NCBI GenBank assembly: GCA_014874355.1
Contig: JACWAJ010000066.1
Location: 12,417 to 76,416, forward strand
DNA: 64,000 bases
Direction of reading: 5' to 3'
Origin: a bacterium
GTDB taxonomy: Bacteria > Chloroflexota > Dormibacteria > Aeolococcales > Aeolococcaceae
Shown in pieces: positions 1 through 9,128 of this stretch. A program made the position numbers and the translations under genes. Position 1 is the stretch's first letter. Each line of letters opens with the position of its first letter. Under the pieces are notes generated by a model. The model ran no database searches. It was not told the origin of the DNA and worked only from the letters and a program-made list of their open reading frames with translations.

Positions 1-134
1 GCAGCGAGGACACGCGCCGCACGGCGGCGAAAAGTGGGCGTCATGCCGCGTTACCTTGCCTCATTGAAGCGGCCCCGCAACGAAAGAAGCCCCCCGAACC
101 GAAAGCTCCGGGGGCTTCATGCTTCTCGCGAGGC

Positions 135-491
135 CTACTTCGGGGCCTTCTTGGCAGCCGGCTTCTTGGCAGCCGTTGCACCACGGGTGCCCTTGAGCGC
201 AGCCGACAAGGTCGTGCTCGGAGCGAAACGGACCACGCGCCGGGCCGGAACCTTCACGCTGTCTCCGGTACGCGGGTTGCGGGCGGTACGTGCTGGACGA
301 TGCATGGTCCGAAATGCACCAAATCCGTGAATGCGGACCTCACTCCCGCACGTCAAGCTCTCGGAGATGTGAGTAAAGAACCAACGGACCTCCTCACGTG
401 CAGCCGTCATGGGCATGTCGCCGCCTTGATCCTCAACCCAGGACTTGAGTTCCTCGGCCAAGACATCACGGGTAACCACAGTAGCAGCCAT
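135..491 (-). CDS. hupB: Histone-like DNA-binding protein HU with C-terminal Lys/Ala-rich tail (actinobacterial HupB/Hlp type)
   Basis: ORF translation contains the HU core ...VRIHGFGAFRTMHRPARTARNPRTGDSVKVPARRVVRFAPSTTLSAAL followed by AAKKPAAKKAPK tail. Confidence 0.85.
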   Translation of the reverse strand: MAATVVTRDVLAEELKSWVEDQGGDMPMTAAREEVRWFFTHISESLTCGSEVRIHGFGAFRTMHRPARTARNPRTGDSVKVPARRVVRFAPSTTLSAALKGTRGATAAKKPAAKKAPK

Positions 492-689
492 TGAAATTCT
501 CCCTTATAGAATTTGTGGAAGGCAGGCGAATTGTATGAAATAGCAAGGACTTTTGCCAAGTCGCGGTAGCGCGTCAAATCACGACACCGCGCTGCAAGCC
601 GGCAGCAATACCCGGTAATGCTGCTCACCTGCTACGGTCTGGCAATGCCCGCCTGCCGCTCCGGCGTTCCCGACACACACTGGGACGAC

Positions 690-1619
690 ATGCTCCGTGA
701 GGCCAATGGGCACTTCCTCCAGTCTGCCGCCTGGCACCGCGTTCAGGAAGCGCTCGGTGCGCCGGTGCTCCACGCCTGCGCAGAGAAGGATTGGATGTGG
801 ACCGGCCACGCCGGCCGCAGCATGGGTATCCGCTATCTCTACGTGCCCTGTGGACCGACAGTGCTACAGGCTCGCAGCTTCGGCGACTGTCTGGATGACA
901 TCACAACTTGCGCCCGCCGGCATCGGATCTCTTTCGTACGCCTGGAGCCCGCGGGTGCCGTCGCCCTGACCGCACTGTGGGACCGAAAGGCACACGAGGT
1001 CAAGCCCGTGCAACCGCGCCACACCTGGTTGCTCGATCTCACCGTGGACGGCGTGTGGCTGCGCCGCGGGCTGACCAAAGGACACCGTAACAGCATCAAT
1101 TCAGCTCCCCGGAAGGGAATCTCCATTCGCCGCACCACCGACCCCGCCGAGGTCGGAGTGCTCATCGACCTCCTGCGAATGACTGCGGAGAAGCGAGGTT
1201 TTCACCTTGCCGGTGAACGCTACTACCGTACCGTGGCAGAGATACTCATGCCCCTCGACGCCGCGTGCCTCTACGTTGCCGAGGCCGGCGGTCGTCCGGT
1301 GGCCGCCGCCTTGGGGTTCGACTTCAACGGCGTCCGTCATTACGCCCATGCCGGCGCGGACCCAACGCGGGCACGTCAACTCTCCGCCGCGGCTCCGCTG
1401 GTGTGGCAAATGATCCTCGACGCCAAGGCCGAGGGCATGCACACCTTCGATTTCTGGGGGGTGCTGCCCAGTCCGAAGCCGGGACACCCCTGGACCGGCT
1501 TCACGCAGTTCAAACAATCGTTTGGCGGCCGCATGATTGAACGCGCCGGCACCTGGGAGTTGACCGTGAAGCCGTGGCGCCATCGCATTCACAGAATCGG
1601 ACGGTTCGTTCACCGGTGA
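690..1619 (+). CDS. FemAB/FemX-family peptidyltransferase (peptidoglycan interpeptide bridge formation), paralog 1
   Basis: GNAT-like FemAB signature incl. FLQSAAW near N-term and FDFWGV motif near C-term. Start placed at the internal Met (MLREANGHFLQS) of the 618..1619 ORF. Confidence 0.7.
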   Translation: MLREANGHFLQSAAWHRVQEALGAPVLHACAEKDWMWTGHAGRSMGIRYLYVPCGPTVLQARSFGDCLDDITTCARRHRISFVRLEPAGAVALTALWDRKAHEVKPVQPRHTWLLDLTVDGVWLRRGLTKGHRNSINSAPRKGISIRRTTDPAEVGVLIDLLRMTAEKRGFHLAGERYYRTVAEILMPLDAACLYVAEAGGRPVAAALGFDFNGVRHYAHAGADPTRARQLSAAAPLVWQMILDAKAEGMHTFDFWGVLPSPKPGHPWTGFTQFKQSFGGRMIERAGTWELTVKPWRHRIHRIGRFVHR

Positions 1620-2653
1620 GGTTCGCCACCGATTCCGAGATCGCCAACTGGGACGAACTTGTTGCGGCCAACCCCGACGGCGGGCACATCCTGCAGACGC
1701 GCGCTTGGGGAGATTTCAAGGCCCAGTGGGGCTGGCGACCACGCCACGTCATCGCGAGCGGCGACACCGTCGACCTGGCAATACTCTTCCTCACCCGCAA
1801 GATCACCGGGCTTGGCGAGTTGTGGTACGCCCCCAAGGGCCCGGGAATCATCCGGCCACAGTCAATGGTCGATGCCCTGTGCCAGCGCCGTCTCTTCGGC
1901 CCGGCCTTCTGCGTGAAGGTAGAACCCGAGATTGCGCAGGGTACCGATCTGGGCACATGGGAAGCGCAGGGGTTGGTCAAAGCGCCACAGGACGTGCAGA
2001 TCAACCGCGCCACGATCATCGTCGACCTGCGCCCTGACGAAGATGCGCTACTGGCATCGTTCAAGTCCAAGACGCGCTACAACATCCGGCTCGCGCAGCG
2101 CAAAGGTGTCGTGGTGCGCCATATGCCGGTCAACGACAAGACCATCGACGTCATGTTTGCGCTCATGGTCGCCACGCAACAGCGTGCGGGATTCACCCTG
2201 CGCCAGCGTGATTACTTCGCCGGTTACTGGCAAAGGCAGCATGCCTGCGGACAGGGCGATTTCTTCTTTGCTCTCCACGACGAAGAGGTGCTGGCCGGAA
2301 TCTTCGTGACCCATTTCGGCACGCGCGCCTGGTACAAGGATGGCGGCTCAACCAAACTCCATCAGGAATTGATGGCCCCTCACCTGCTGCAATGGGAGGT
2401 CATGCGCCATCTGCGCGCCCGCGGCGTTACCGACTACGACCTGGTGGCGGTGCCGCGCCCCCAGGAGATGAGTGAGACGCATCCCATGTACGGCCTCTAC
2501 CGCTTCAAGTCGGGATTCTGCGACACCGTGACGGATTTCGTCGGGACATGGGATCTGCCGCTGCGCCAGACCCGCTACTCGGCCTGGAATCGCCTCGGTG
2601 AGCGCGCCGCGCAGCGGTGGACGCTTCGCGCGCGGCACAACATCTTCTACTAG
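1617..2653 (+). CDS. FemAB/FemX-family peptidyltransferase, paralog 2 (tandem duplicate)
   Basis: Similar architecture (ILQTRAWGDFKAQWGW..., C-terminal YRFKSGF). GTG start at 1617 overlaps the upstream stop by 4 nt. Confidence 0.7.
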
Positions 2654-2735
2654 CCAGGATCGTTAGGTGGGCTTATTAGAGGCTATCTTCTAATAAGGGG
2701 TTCCAAGATCAGCACTTAGCCGCTAAAATACCGCC

Positions 2736-4289
2736 ATGCCCAGCCGGGATCCGGACTATATGCTCAAGCGCCCTCACCCCCCACAACGATCAACCCCGTG
2801 GTCGGCGGTCAGCGTTGAAGACGATGCCCGGATCATCGATCGGAATCCCTGGTGGTTCAATGCAGAATGGTCCCGATCCGATCCGCACCTTCGCCGGCTG
2901 GAAGCACAACCTGTCAAATTGCCGGCTCCCCTGGTCAAGAACTTCGACCTGCTCCATGCCGGTGTCCACACGATCCGCGGACCTCGACAGGTGGGCAAGT
3001 CGACCGACCTCAAACTCCTGGTGCAACGTGCCCTCCAGGAGGGTTATTCCGCGCGCCAGATCATTTATCTAGCCCTTGACCTGCTGGAAGGTCAGCCGGC
3101 AGCAGCGGTGTCGCGCACTGTCGAACAGGCCAAGCATCTGGCGACAGCGGTGGGCCGGTCCCTACTGCTTCTCGACGAAGTCAGCGCCGTTCCGGGTTGG
3201 CAAACCGCAATCAAGGAACTCTGGGATCGTGGTGTCATCGACAACGATGTCGTTGTCTGTACTGGTTCGTCAGCGATTGACCTTGTGACGGGAACGGTCG
3301 AACGGCTGCCGGGACGGCGCGGTCACGGTCATGATCATCTGGTCCTGCCACAGTCCTTCGATGTGTTCGCCAAGGTCGTGGACCCGGACATACCGACCTC
3401 CCCACGGCTGACCCTCGAGTCGCTGTTGTCCTCAGATGGTCGCAAGCTCATCGAGGAGGCCCGGCGCTACGGACCGCGATTGCATGACGCATTCCACCGA
3501 TACCTTCGCTTCGGCGGGCTTCCCGCAGCGGTCGTCGAGGCGGCCACGGGCGCGCTCGAGCCATCGGAGTTCACCAAACGCATCCTCTGGGACTCCCTGT
3601 TGAAGGAGACCATGCGAAAAGGTGCGAGTGAGCCCTCAACCCGGGCCTTACTCGAACGGGTCATGCGCTCATTGGGCTCCAAGACCAACTGGTCGACCAT
3701 GGCACGCGAGATGAACGTTCCTCTGGGCCGGCGAGGCGGGGTTCACCCCGACTACAAAACGGTCCGCGAGTACATTGAATTTCTCACGATCGGCTACTTT
3801 CTTCTGGCTGTCTACTTTTGGAAGAAAGACGCTGACAGCAACTCGCTGGCACACGACAAGAAGGTGTATTTCGGCGACCTCCTCCTACACGAGATCACCC
3901 ATGATGAGTGTTGCCCGGGCAGGAACTTCGATATCCCCGCAATGGTCGAGAATGCGGTTGCGCTTGCGTTGTACCGAACCAATGAGCCGGTGCGCAGGCA
4001 GATCATGGGGTTTCTCGACCCGGACGACCTGCACATTTGGGAGACCGCGAAAGGCGCTGAGGTGGACTTCGTCTGTGGCCCGCGATCAACGGCCACTCCG
4101 GTCGAGGTGAAGTGGGAAAACCGGGTTGACCGGCGTGAGTTGAGCCGCCTCAAACGCGCGTTCCCGAACCGGCCCATCATCCTGACCACCAAGTCCGAGC
4201 TGGAACTCACCGATGAGCATGTGATGATCCCCGTCCCGCTCTTGTTATGGGCGGTGGGAGACGTCACCGGCAAGTCTCTCGCGACATGA
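2736..4289 (+). CDS. AAA-family ATPase, DUF4143-type (ATP-binding protein)
   Basis: Walker A GPRQVGKST after NPWW motif; Walker B LLLLDEV. Lower GC in 3' half. Confidence 0.7.
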   Translation: MPSRDPDYMLKRPHPPQRSTPWSAVSVEDDARIIDRNPWWFNAEWSRSDPHLRRLEAQPVKLPAPLVKNFDLLHAGVHTIRGPRQVGKSTDLKLLVQRALQEGYSARQIIYLALDLLEGQPAAAVSRTVEQAKHLATAVGRSLLLLDEVSAVPGWQTAIKELWDRGVIDNDVVVCTGSSAIDLVTGTVERLPGRRGHGHDHLVLPQSFDVFAKVVDPDIPTSPRLTLESLLSSDGRKLIEEARRYGPRLHDAFHRYLRFGGLPAAVVEAATGALEPSEFTKRILWDSLLKETMRKGASEPSTRALLERVMRSLGSKTNWSTMAREMNVPLGRRGGVHPDYKTVREYIEFLTIGYFLLAVYFWKKDADSNSLAHDKKVYFGDLLLHEITHDECCPGRNFDIPAMVENAVALALYRTNEPVRRQIMGFLDPDDLHIWETAKGAEVDFVCGPRSTATPVEVKWENRVDRRELSRLKRAFPNRPIILTTKSELELTDEHVMIPVPLLLWAVGDVTGKSLAT

Positions 4290-4304
4290 CGTGGATCGTG
4301 AACC

Positions 4305-5603
4305 CTATTTCCAGACGCGCTTCATGATGACGCGCGCCAGCTTGTCGGAATCGTGGTGCGATGTCACCCTGGCATTGACCACGTCGGCGAGGACAAAGTG
4401 CACCGGTCGCGTTGTGCACCGGTCGCGGTCGAAGACTATTCGCGTCACGCCCGCCTCCCTGGCCGATCCCGGGAGCGTAGGCGCAAAATTGCTGTTGACG
4501 ACGACATAGTCGAACATGTTGCCGCCGACATGTTCCTCGATGGCCGCCAGATGCTCGCTGACTGTGTAGCCGGTGGTTTCACCGGGCTGGCTGGCAACGT
4601 TGCAGACATACACCTTCACCGCCGGCGTGGCGCGAAGGGCCTCAACCATGCCGTCGACGAGTAGGTTGGGCAGGATCGACGTGTACAGCGAACCCGGGCC
4701 AATGAGGACCAGTTCGGCATCGAGAATCGCCGCTTCGGCCTCGGGATTGATGGGCGGTGCTTCGGGATCCAGGAATACCCTGTCGATCCGGCCATCGCCC
4801 TGGGGAACGTGCGACTCGCCGACACGGACTTTGCCGTCTGCATCCGCACAGAGAACGACGTTGGTGAGCGTCGAGGGGACTATCTGGCCCCGGACGGCTA
4901 GCACCCGACCGGACTCGCGCAATGCGTGCTCGAAGTCGCCCGTGATCTCCGCCATCGCCGTGATGAAGAGGTTGCCGAAGGAGTGCCCGCCGAGCGATCC
5001 CTCGCCGCTAAATCGGTGCGAGAAAAGGTCGGTCATCAGCGGTTCTGTCTCGGCCAGAGCAGTTAGACACTGCCGGAAGTCGCCCGGGGGAAGGACGCGG
5101 TGTTCGGTGCGCAACCGGCCGCTGGAACCGCCGTCGTCGGCAACCGTGACGATGGCAACGATGTTGTTGGTGTACTTCTTGATGCCGCGCAGCATCGTCG
5201 AAAGACCCGTGCCACCACCCAGCGCCACGATCCGCGGTCCTTTGGCCAGCAGGCGGTGGGCGTAGATCTCGTCCACCAGCGACTTATCGGTGCGCCGGCC
5301 CGGGAGAAAGGGGCCCAAAAGCGACTGGCCCAGCTTGTAGAAAGCCAGGAGCAGCACGCCAAAACCCACAACAGCGAAGATCGTCGCCCGCATCCAGCGG
5401 GGCAGGAACTGCAGGGTGATGTCCCCCACCCAGTTGGGAAAGCGCACCGTGGTATAGGCGCCTTTGAGGACATAGCCAACCGACAGGCTCATCATCACGA
5501 TGCTGGAAAAAAGCAGGATCAGCCACCGTTTGACGTTGAGCCCGGGCGTGAACCAGCGTCGAAGCGTGGGGCTGGGCTGGAAGATGGTGCGAAGTAGGTG
5601 CAT
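4305..5603 (-). CDS. YvcK/CofD-family (gluconeogenesis factor, UPF0052) protein with N-terminal ~3-TM membrane extension
   Basis: RIVALGGGTGLSTMLRGIKKY...VTVADDGGSSGRLR signature. It is preceded by ~110 aa with hydrophobic helices. Confidence 0.8.
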   Translation of the reverse strand: MHLLRTIFQPSPTLRRWFTPGLNVKRWLILLFSSIVMMSLSVGYVLKGAYTTVRFPNWVGDITLQFLPRWMRATIFAVVGFGVLLLAFYKLGQSLLGPFLPGRRTDKSLVDEIYAHRLLAKGPRIVALGGGTGLSTMLRGIKKYTNNIVAIVTVADDGGSSGRLRTEHRVLPPGDFRQCLTALAETEPLMTDLFSHRFSGEGSLGGHSFGNLFITAMAEITGDFEHALRESGRVLAVRGQIVPSTLTNVVLCADADGKVRVGESHVPQGDGRIDRVFLDPEAPPINPEAEAAILDAELVLIGPGSLYTSILPNLLVDGMVEALRATPAVKVYVCNVASQPGETTGYTVSEHLAAIEEHVGGNMFDYVVVNSNFAPTLPGSAREAGVTRIVFDRDRCTTRPVHFVLADVVNARVTSHHDSDKLARVIMKRVWK

Positions 5604-5910
5604 ACGGCAGCAGCGATTGTCCCACGTCGGCCTCCCGCGGCTCCGCCCATATCAGAACGTGTTTTGAACCCGGCCGGTACCACCACCGGGGAGGGCTGTC
5701 CTCCTGGCATGTCGGTGGCGCAACAACTCCTCGCCTATTTCGTTGCCCTGAGCGTATTGGCCATCGCCCTTCGCGCAGTGTCGCACCGGATCAGAGTTCC
5801 CTGTCCCGTCGTGCTGGCGGCGGGAGGGGTGGAACCATTCGTCCGCCGGGCCGACTGTTACGCCTTACGCGGAGAGCGTAACCCACCGACAAAATCGCTG
5901 GACAGCCACA

Positions 5911-5945
5911 AATTCGGTGCCAATTCGGTGCATACAATTCGGTGC
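5911..5945. promoter_or_regulatory. Three direct repeats of AATTCGGTGC (periods 11 and 14 bp) ~50-80 bp upstream of the 5991 gene: candidate regulator binding site
   Basis: Seen directly: aattcggtgc at 5911, 5922, 5936. Confidence 0.35.
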
Positions 5946-5990
5946 CATTGTCCGTGGTGTGTCCGCCGGCTCCGGCTAGAATCGGGGGCA

Positions 5991-6692
5991 ATGGCTAAGC
6001 ATCAGAACGCCCCGAGGGGGGGGGGACAGCATCAGCAACCACCGCCCGTGGTGGTCAATGTCAACATTCCCGCCCAGGCACCTGCCCCGCCACCACTGCC
6101 CGAACCATCTCCAGAATCGCGAATCTTCTCTTTTTTGCGGCGGCACAAGATAGCGGCTCTGGTCGTCGCCGGCGTCGCTGGACTAGCCCTGCTGGGCAAG
6201 AGTTGCGGCACTCCGCAGAACTTCGGCAGCGGCACCCCCGGCTACCAAGGACCCTCGTATAACCAGCCCCACCAAGCGCCAGCGCCCCCGGCGGCGCTGA
6301 CCATGGTTCCACCCAAACTCTCCACTAGCGCCGCCGTGCAGGTTGCCCACATCGGTAACCAGAACTGGGTCGACGTCACCGTCACCGTCTCGAACCTTGG
6401 CGACACCCCGGTGCAGGATCTCACCTTGCTGCTCAGCCAGAACGGGACTCCGGTAACCATCGCCGACACCGGCGACTGGCAGGGCGGTACCCCTGGCACA
6501 GTCAAGCTCCCGGGCTTGTTCGGCATTGCAGCCAAACGCCAGGTAACGCTGCGCCTCGACAAGTGGACCCCCAATGTGCCGGTCAAAGTGGAGCCGGGTG
6601 GCAATGGAGTGACCAGCGGCACCACGGCACCGCCCGTGAGTTGCCCAACGCAGAACCCCGGCGACAACATCGCCTGCACGGTGGGCGGCTGA
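5991..6692 (+). CDS. Hypothetical membrane-anchored protein (one TM helix, Pro-rich linker, beta-rich extracytoplasmic domain)
   Basis: MAKHQN... IAALVVAGVAGLALLG TM helix, PAPP repeats. Contains a 10-G homopolymer at 6016..6025. Upstream part of the 5598 ORF treated as leader. Confidence 0.45.
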   Translation: MAKHQNAPRGGGQHQQPPPVVVNVNIPAQAPAPPPLPEPSPESRIFSFLRRHKIAALVVAGVAGLALLGKSCGTPQNFGSGTPGYQGPSYNQPHQAPAPPAALTMVPPKLSTSAAVQVAHIGNQNWVDVTVTVSNLGDTPVQDLTLLLSQNGTPVTIADTGDWQGGTPGTVKLPGLFGIAAKRQVTLRLDKWTPNVPVKVEPGGNGVTSGTTAPPVSCPTQNPGDNIACTVGG

Positions 6693-6786
6693 CCCAAGCG
6701 GTTGACCGGCTCGGAGGTTCTGGCCTCCTGACGCAATACTCTGGCGCTGGCTTGCGCAAGGTTTGCGCAAGCGGATTCCTCAGTGT

Positions 6787-7794
6787 CTAGTGGCGCTGGC
6801 GTAGCTGGGTGAGGCTGTGTTCGGCAACGATGTAGCGCACTGTGCCCGAATAGGAGCGCATCACCAGGCTCTCCGTCTCTACTCGCTCGTCGCCCATGAA
6901 ACGTACGCCGCGCAGTAGGTCACCATCCGTGATGCCGGTGGCGGCAAAGAAGACGTTGCGACCGGAGCAGAGGTCGTCACGACCCAGCACCTGTGACACA
7001 TCGGCCATGGACTTCCCCTCTCGCTCCAGGAGCGCCTCGTCGCCGGGACGCAGCCACAGACGTGCCTGCATACCGCCGCCAATGCACTTGACCGCGCAGG
7101 CCGCCAGCACCGCTTCCGGCGCACCGCCCACCCCCATGAGCGCATCGATACCGGTGCGGTGATCCATCGCCGCCATGAGACCGGCGGCCACGTCGCCGTC
7201 CATGATGAGCTTGACCCGGGCTCCAGAGGTTCGGATTTCGTCAAGGAGTTGCTCGTGCCGGGGCCGGTCGAGAACCACCACGGTGAGGTCCTTGACGTGG
7301 CGCTCCTCGGCTTTGGCGATACGCGCCAGGTTGCTGGCAACCGTGTCGGTGATGTCGATGACGCCGGCGGCATGGGGGCCGACGATGAGCTTCTCCATGT
7401 AGGGAACGTGGGTGAAGTACATCGAGCCGCGTTCGGCGAGAGCCACCGTGGCGATGCCACCGGGAAGTCCGCAGGCCACCAGCCGGGTCCCATCTATGGG
7501 ATCGACGGCCACGTCCACATCGGGCGGGTTGCCGTTGCCGACGTTCTCGCCGATGTAGAGCATCGGAGCCTCGTCCTTCTCCCCCTCGCCAATCACGACC
7601 ACCCCGTTCATGTCGACATAGGAGAGCGAGTTACGCATGTCGTCGACAGCGGCACCGTCGGCCGCCTCTTTCTGGTTGCGACCCATGAATGGTGCCGCCG
7701 CCATCGCGGCCCCTTCGGTGACGCGGACGAGTTCGAGCGCCAGGTTGCGGTCGATCGGCGTGCCCAGTTGCGAATGTTCCCGTATCTCGTTCAT
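6787..7794 (-). CDS. glpX: Fructose-1,6-bisphosphatase class II
   Basis: Full-length GlpX-like translation (RNLALELVRVTEGAAMAAAPFMGRNQK..., ...GGAPEAVLAACAVKCIGGGMQARLW). Confidence 0.9.
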   Translation of the reverse strand: MNEIREHSQLGTPIDRNLALELVRVTEGAAMAAAPFMGRNQKEAADGAAVDDMRNSLSYVDMNGVVVIGEGEKDEAPMLYIGENVGNGNPPDVDVAVDPIDGTRLVACGLPGGIATVALAERGSMYFTHVPYMEKLIVGPHAAGVIDITDTVASNLARIAKAEERHVKDLTVVVLDRPRHEQLLDEIRTSGARVKLIMDGDVAAGLMAAMDHRTGIDALMGVGGAPEAVLAACAVKCIGGGMQARLWLRPGDEALLEREGKSMADVSQVLGRDDLCSGRNVFFAATGITDGDLLRGVRFMGDERVETESLVMRSYSGTVRYIVAEHSLTQLRQRH

Positions 7795-7853
7795 GGACCG
7801 CTGATCATACTCGCCACCAAACCAGGGTCAACTCGGCGAGAATTCACGGCAGC

Positions 7854-9104
7854 ATGATCTTTCTCAGCGACTTCCTGCGCGCCGATGTCATCGACATCGA
7901 CCAGCGCCGTGTGGGCTCGGTCCGCGACCTGCTGGTACGAATAGAGGAGCCCTATCCTGTGGTGATGGCGCTCGCCCTGCGCGCCAGCAGCAAGCTCCCC
8001 GACGTCATCGACTGGGGTGCGGTGCGAATGGGGGAGAGCAACGAACTGGCACTCGACGTCCATACCAGCAACCTCGAGGAGTATCCCGCGGCCAAGCAGA
8101 TGGTCTGGCTGGCCCGTGACATCCTCGACAAGCAGATCGTCGACACCGACGGTCGCCGTGTCGTGCGCGTCAACGATCTGCAGCTTCAGGCGGCTGACCA
8201 CAAGCTACTACTCGTCGGCGTCGACATCGGCGCCCGCGGCGTATTGCGCCGTCTCGGAGTCGAGAGGCTGGGGCGTCGCCTAACCCGCATCACCGGACGT
8301 GACTTCCCACAACGCCTGATTTCCTGGGACGCCGTCGACCCCGTCGAGAGCGACGAAACGTCGGTAAAGCTCCGTATCAGCCACCGCAAGCTCGCCAAGA
8401 TGCACCCGGCCGACATCGCCGAAATCGTCGAGCAGCTCGGTGGCCGTGATCGTGACGCCATCTTCCAGAGCCTCGACGACGAGGTCGCCGCGGACACATT
8501 GGAAGAGACCAGCGACGAGGTCCAGGCCCAGATCCTGGCCCGGCTCGACGACGAACGAGCGGCCGACATCCTTGAGGCGATGGCGCCGGACGAGGCCGCC
8601 AACATCCTCGGCGACCTCTCCGAGGAACGGCGGGAAACCATCATGGCGGCCATGGAAGAGGAGGAGGCCGACGACGTCGAGGAGCTACTCGGCTACGAGG
8701 AGGACACCGCCGGTGGCTTGATGACCACCGAGTTCGTCGCCATACCCGCAACGCTCAACGCGGGGCAGACCATCGACCGCCTCCGCGAACTCGAACCCGA
8801 TGCCGAGTCGATCTACTACGTCTACATCGTCGACAACGACGAACACCTGCTGGGGGTGCTCAGCCTCCGCGATCTCATCGTGGCCAAACCCTCGACACCC
8901 ATCACCGGCATCATGAACGAGCGAGTGGTCACCGTCATGCTCGACGCCGAACCCGAAGACGTGGCCGCGGTGATGGCCAAGTACAACTTCCTGGCCGTGC
9001 CCGTAGTCGACGCCGATGACCGCATGCAGGGGATCGTCACGATCGACGACGCCATGGACACCGTCATGCCCGCCGCCGTGCGGCGCCGGGCACGGGCGTT
9101 GTGA
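7854..9104 (+). CDS. Soluble PRC-barrel + MgtE-N + tandem CBS domain protein (cytoplasmic MgtE-like regulatory module without transmembrane domain)
   Basis: MgtE_N-like acidic helical repeats (DEVAADTLEETSDEVQAQILARLDDERAADILEAMAPDEAANILGDL) followed by a CBS pair. No hydrophobic segment; stop 24 nt before the NRAMP gene. Confidence 0.8.
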   Translation: MIFLSDFLRADVIDIDQRRVGSVRDLLVRIEEPYPVVMALALRASSKLPDVIDWGAVRMGESNELALDVHTSNLEEYPAAKQMVWLARDILDKQIVDTDGRRVVRVNDLQLQAADHKLLLVGVDIGARGVLRRLGVERLGRRLTRITGRDFPQRLISWDAVDPVESDETSVKLRISHRKLAKMHPADIAEIVEQLGGRDRDAIFQSLDDEVAADTLEETSDEVQAQILARLDDERAADILEAMAPDEAANILGDLSEERRETIMAAMEEEEADDVEELLGYEEDTAGGLMTTEFVAIPATLNAGQTIDRLRELEPDAESIYYVYIVDNDEHLLGVLSLRDLIVAKPSTPITGIMNERVVTVMLDAEPEDVAAVMAKYNFLAVPVVDADDRMQGIVTIDDAMDTVMPAAVRRRARAL

Positions 9105-9128
9105 TGCAGCGAGAACGGGGGAGCGACC

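Noticed and set aside
34-330. 98-aa plus-strand ORF
   Set aside because: Antisense to hupB, whose HU signature is unambiguous.
5598-5990. N-terminal 130 codons of the 5598..6692 ORF
   Set aside because: No start-codon context and it contains the triple direct repeat. Treated as untranslated leader, with the true start at ATG 5991.
6183-6770. Two overlapping minus-strand ORFs (195 and 164 aa)
   Set aside because: Antisense to the more protein-like plus-strand membrane protein gene (TM helix + domain). No motifs.
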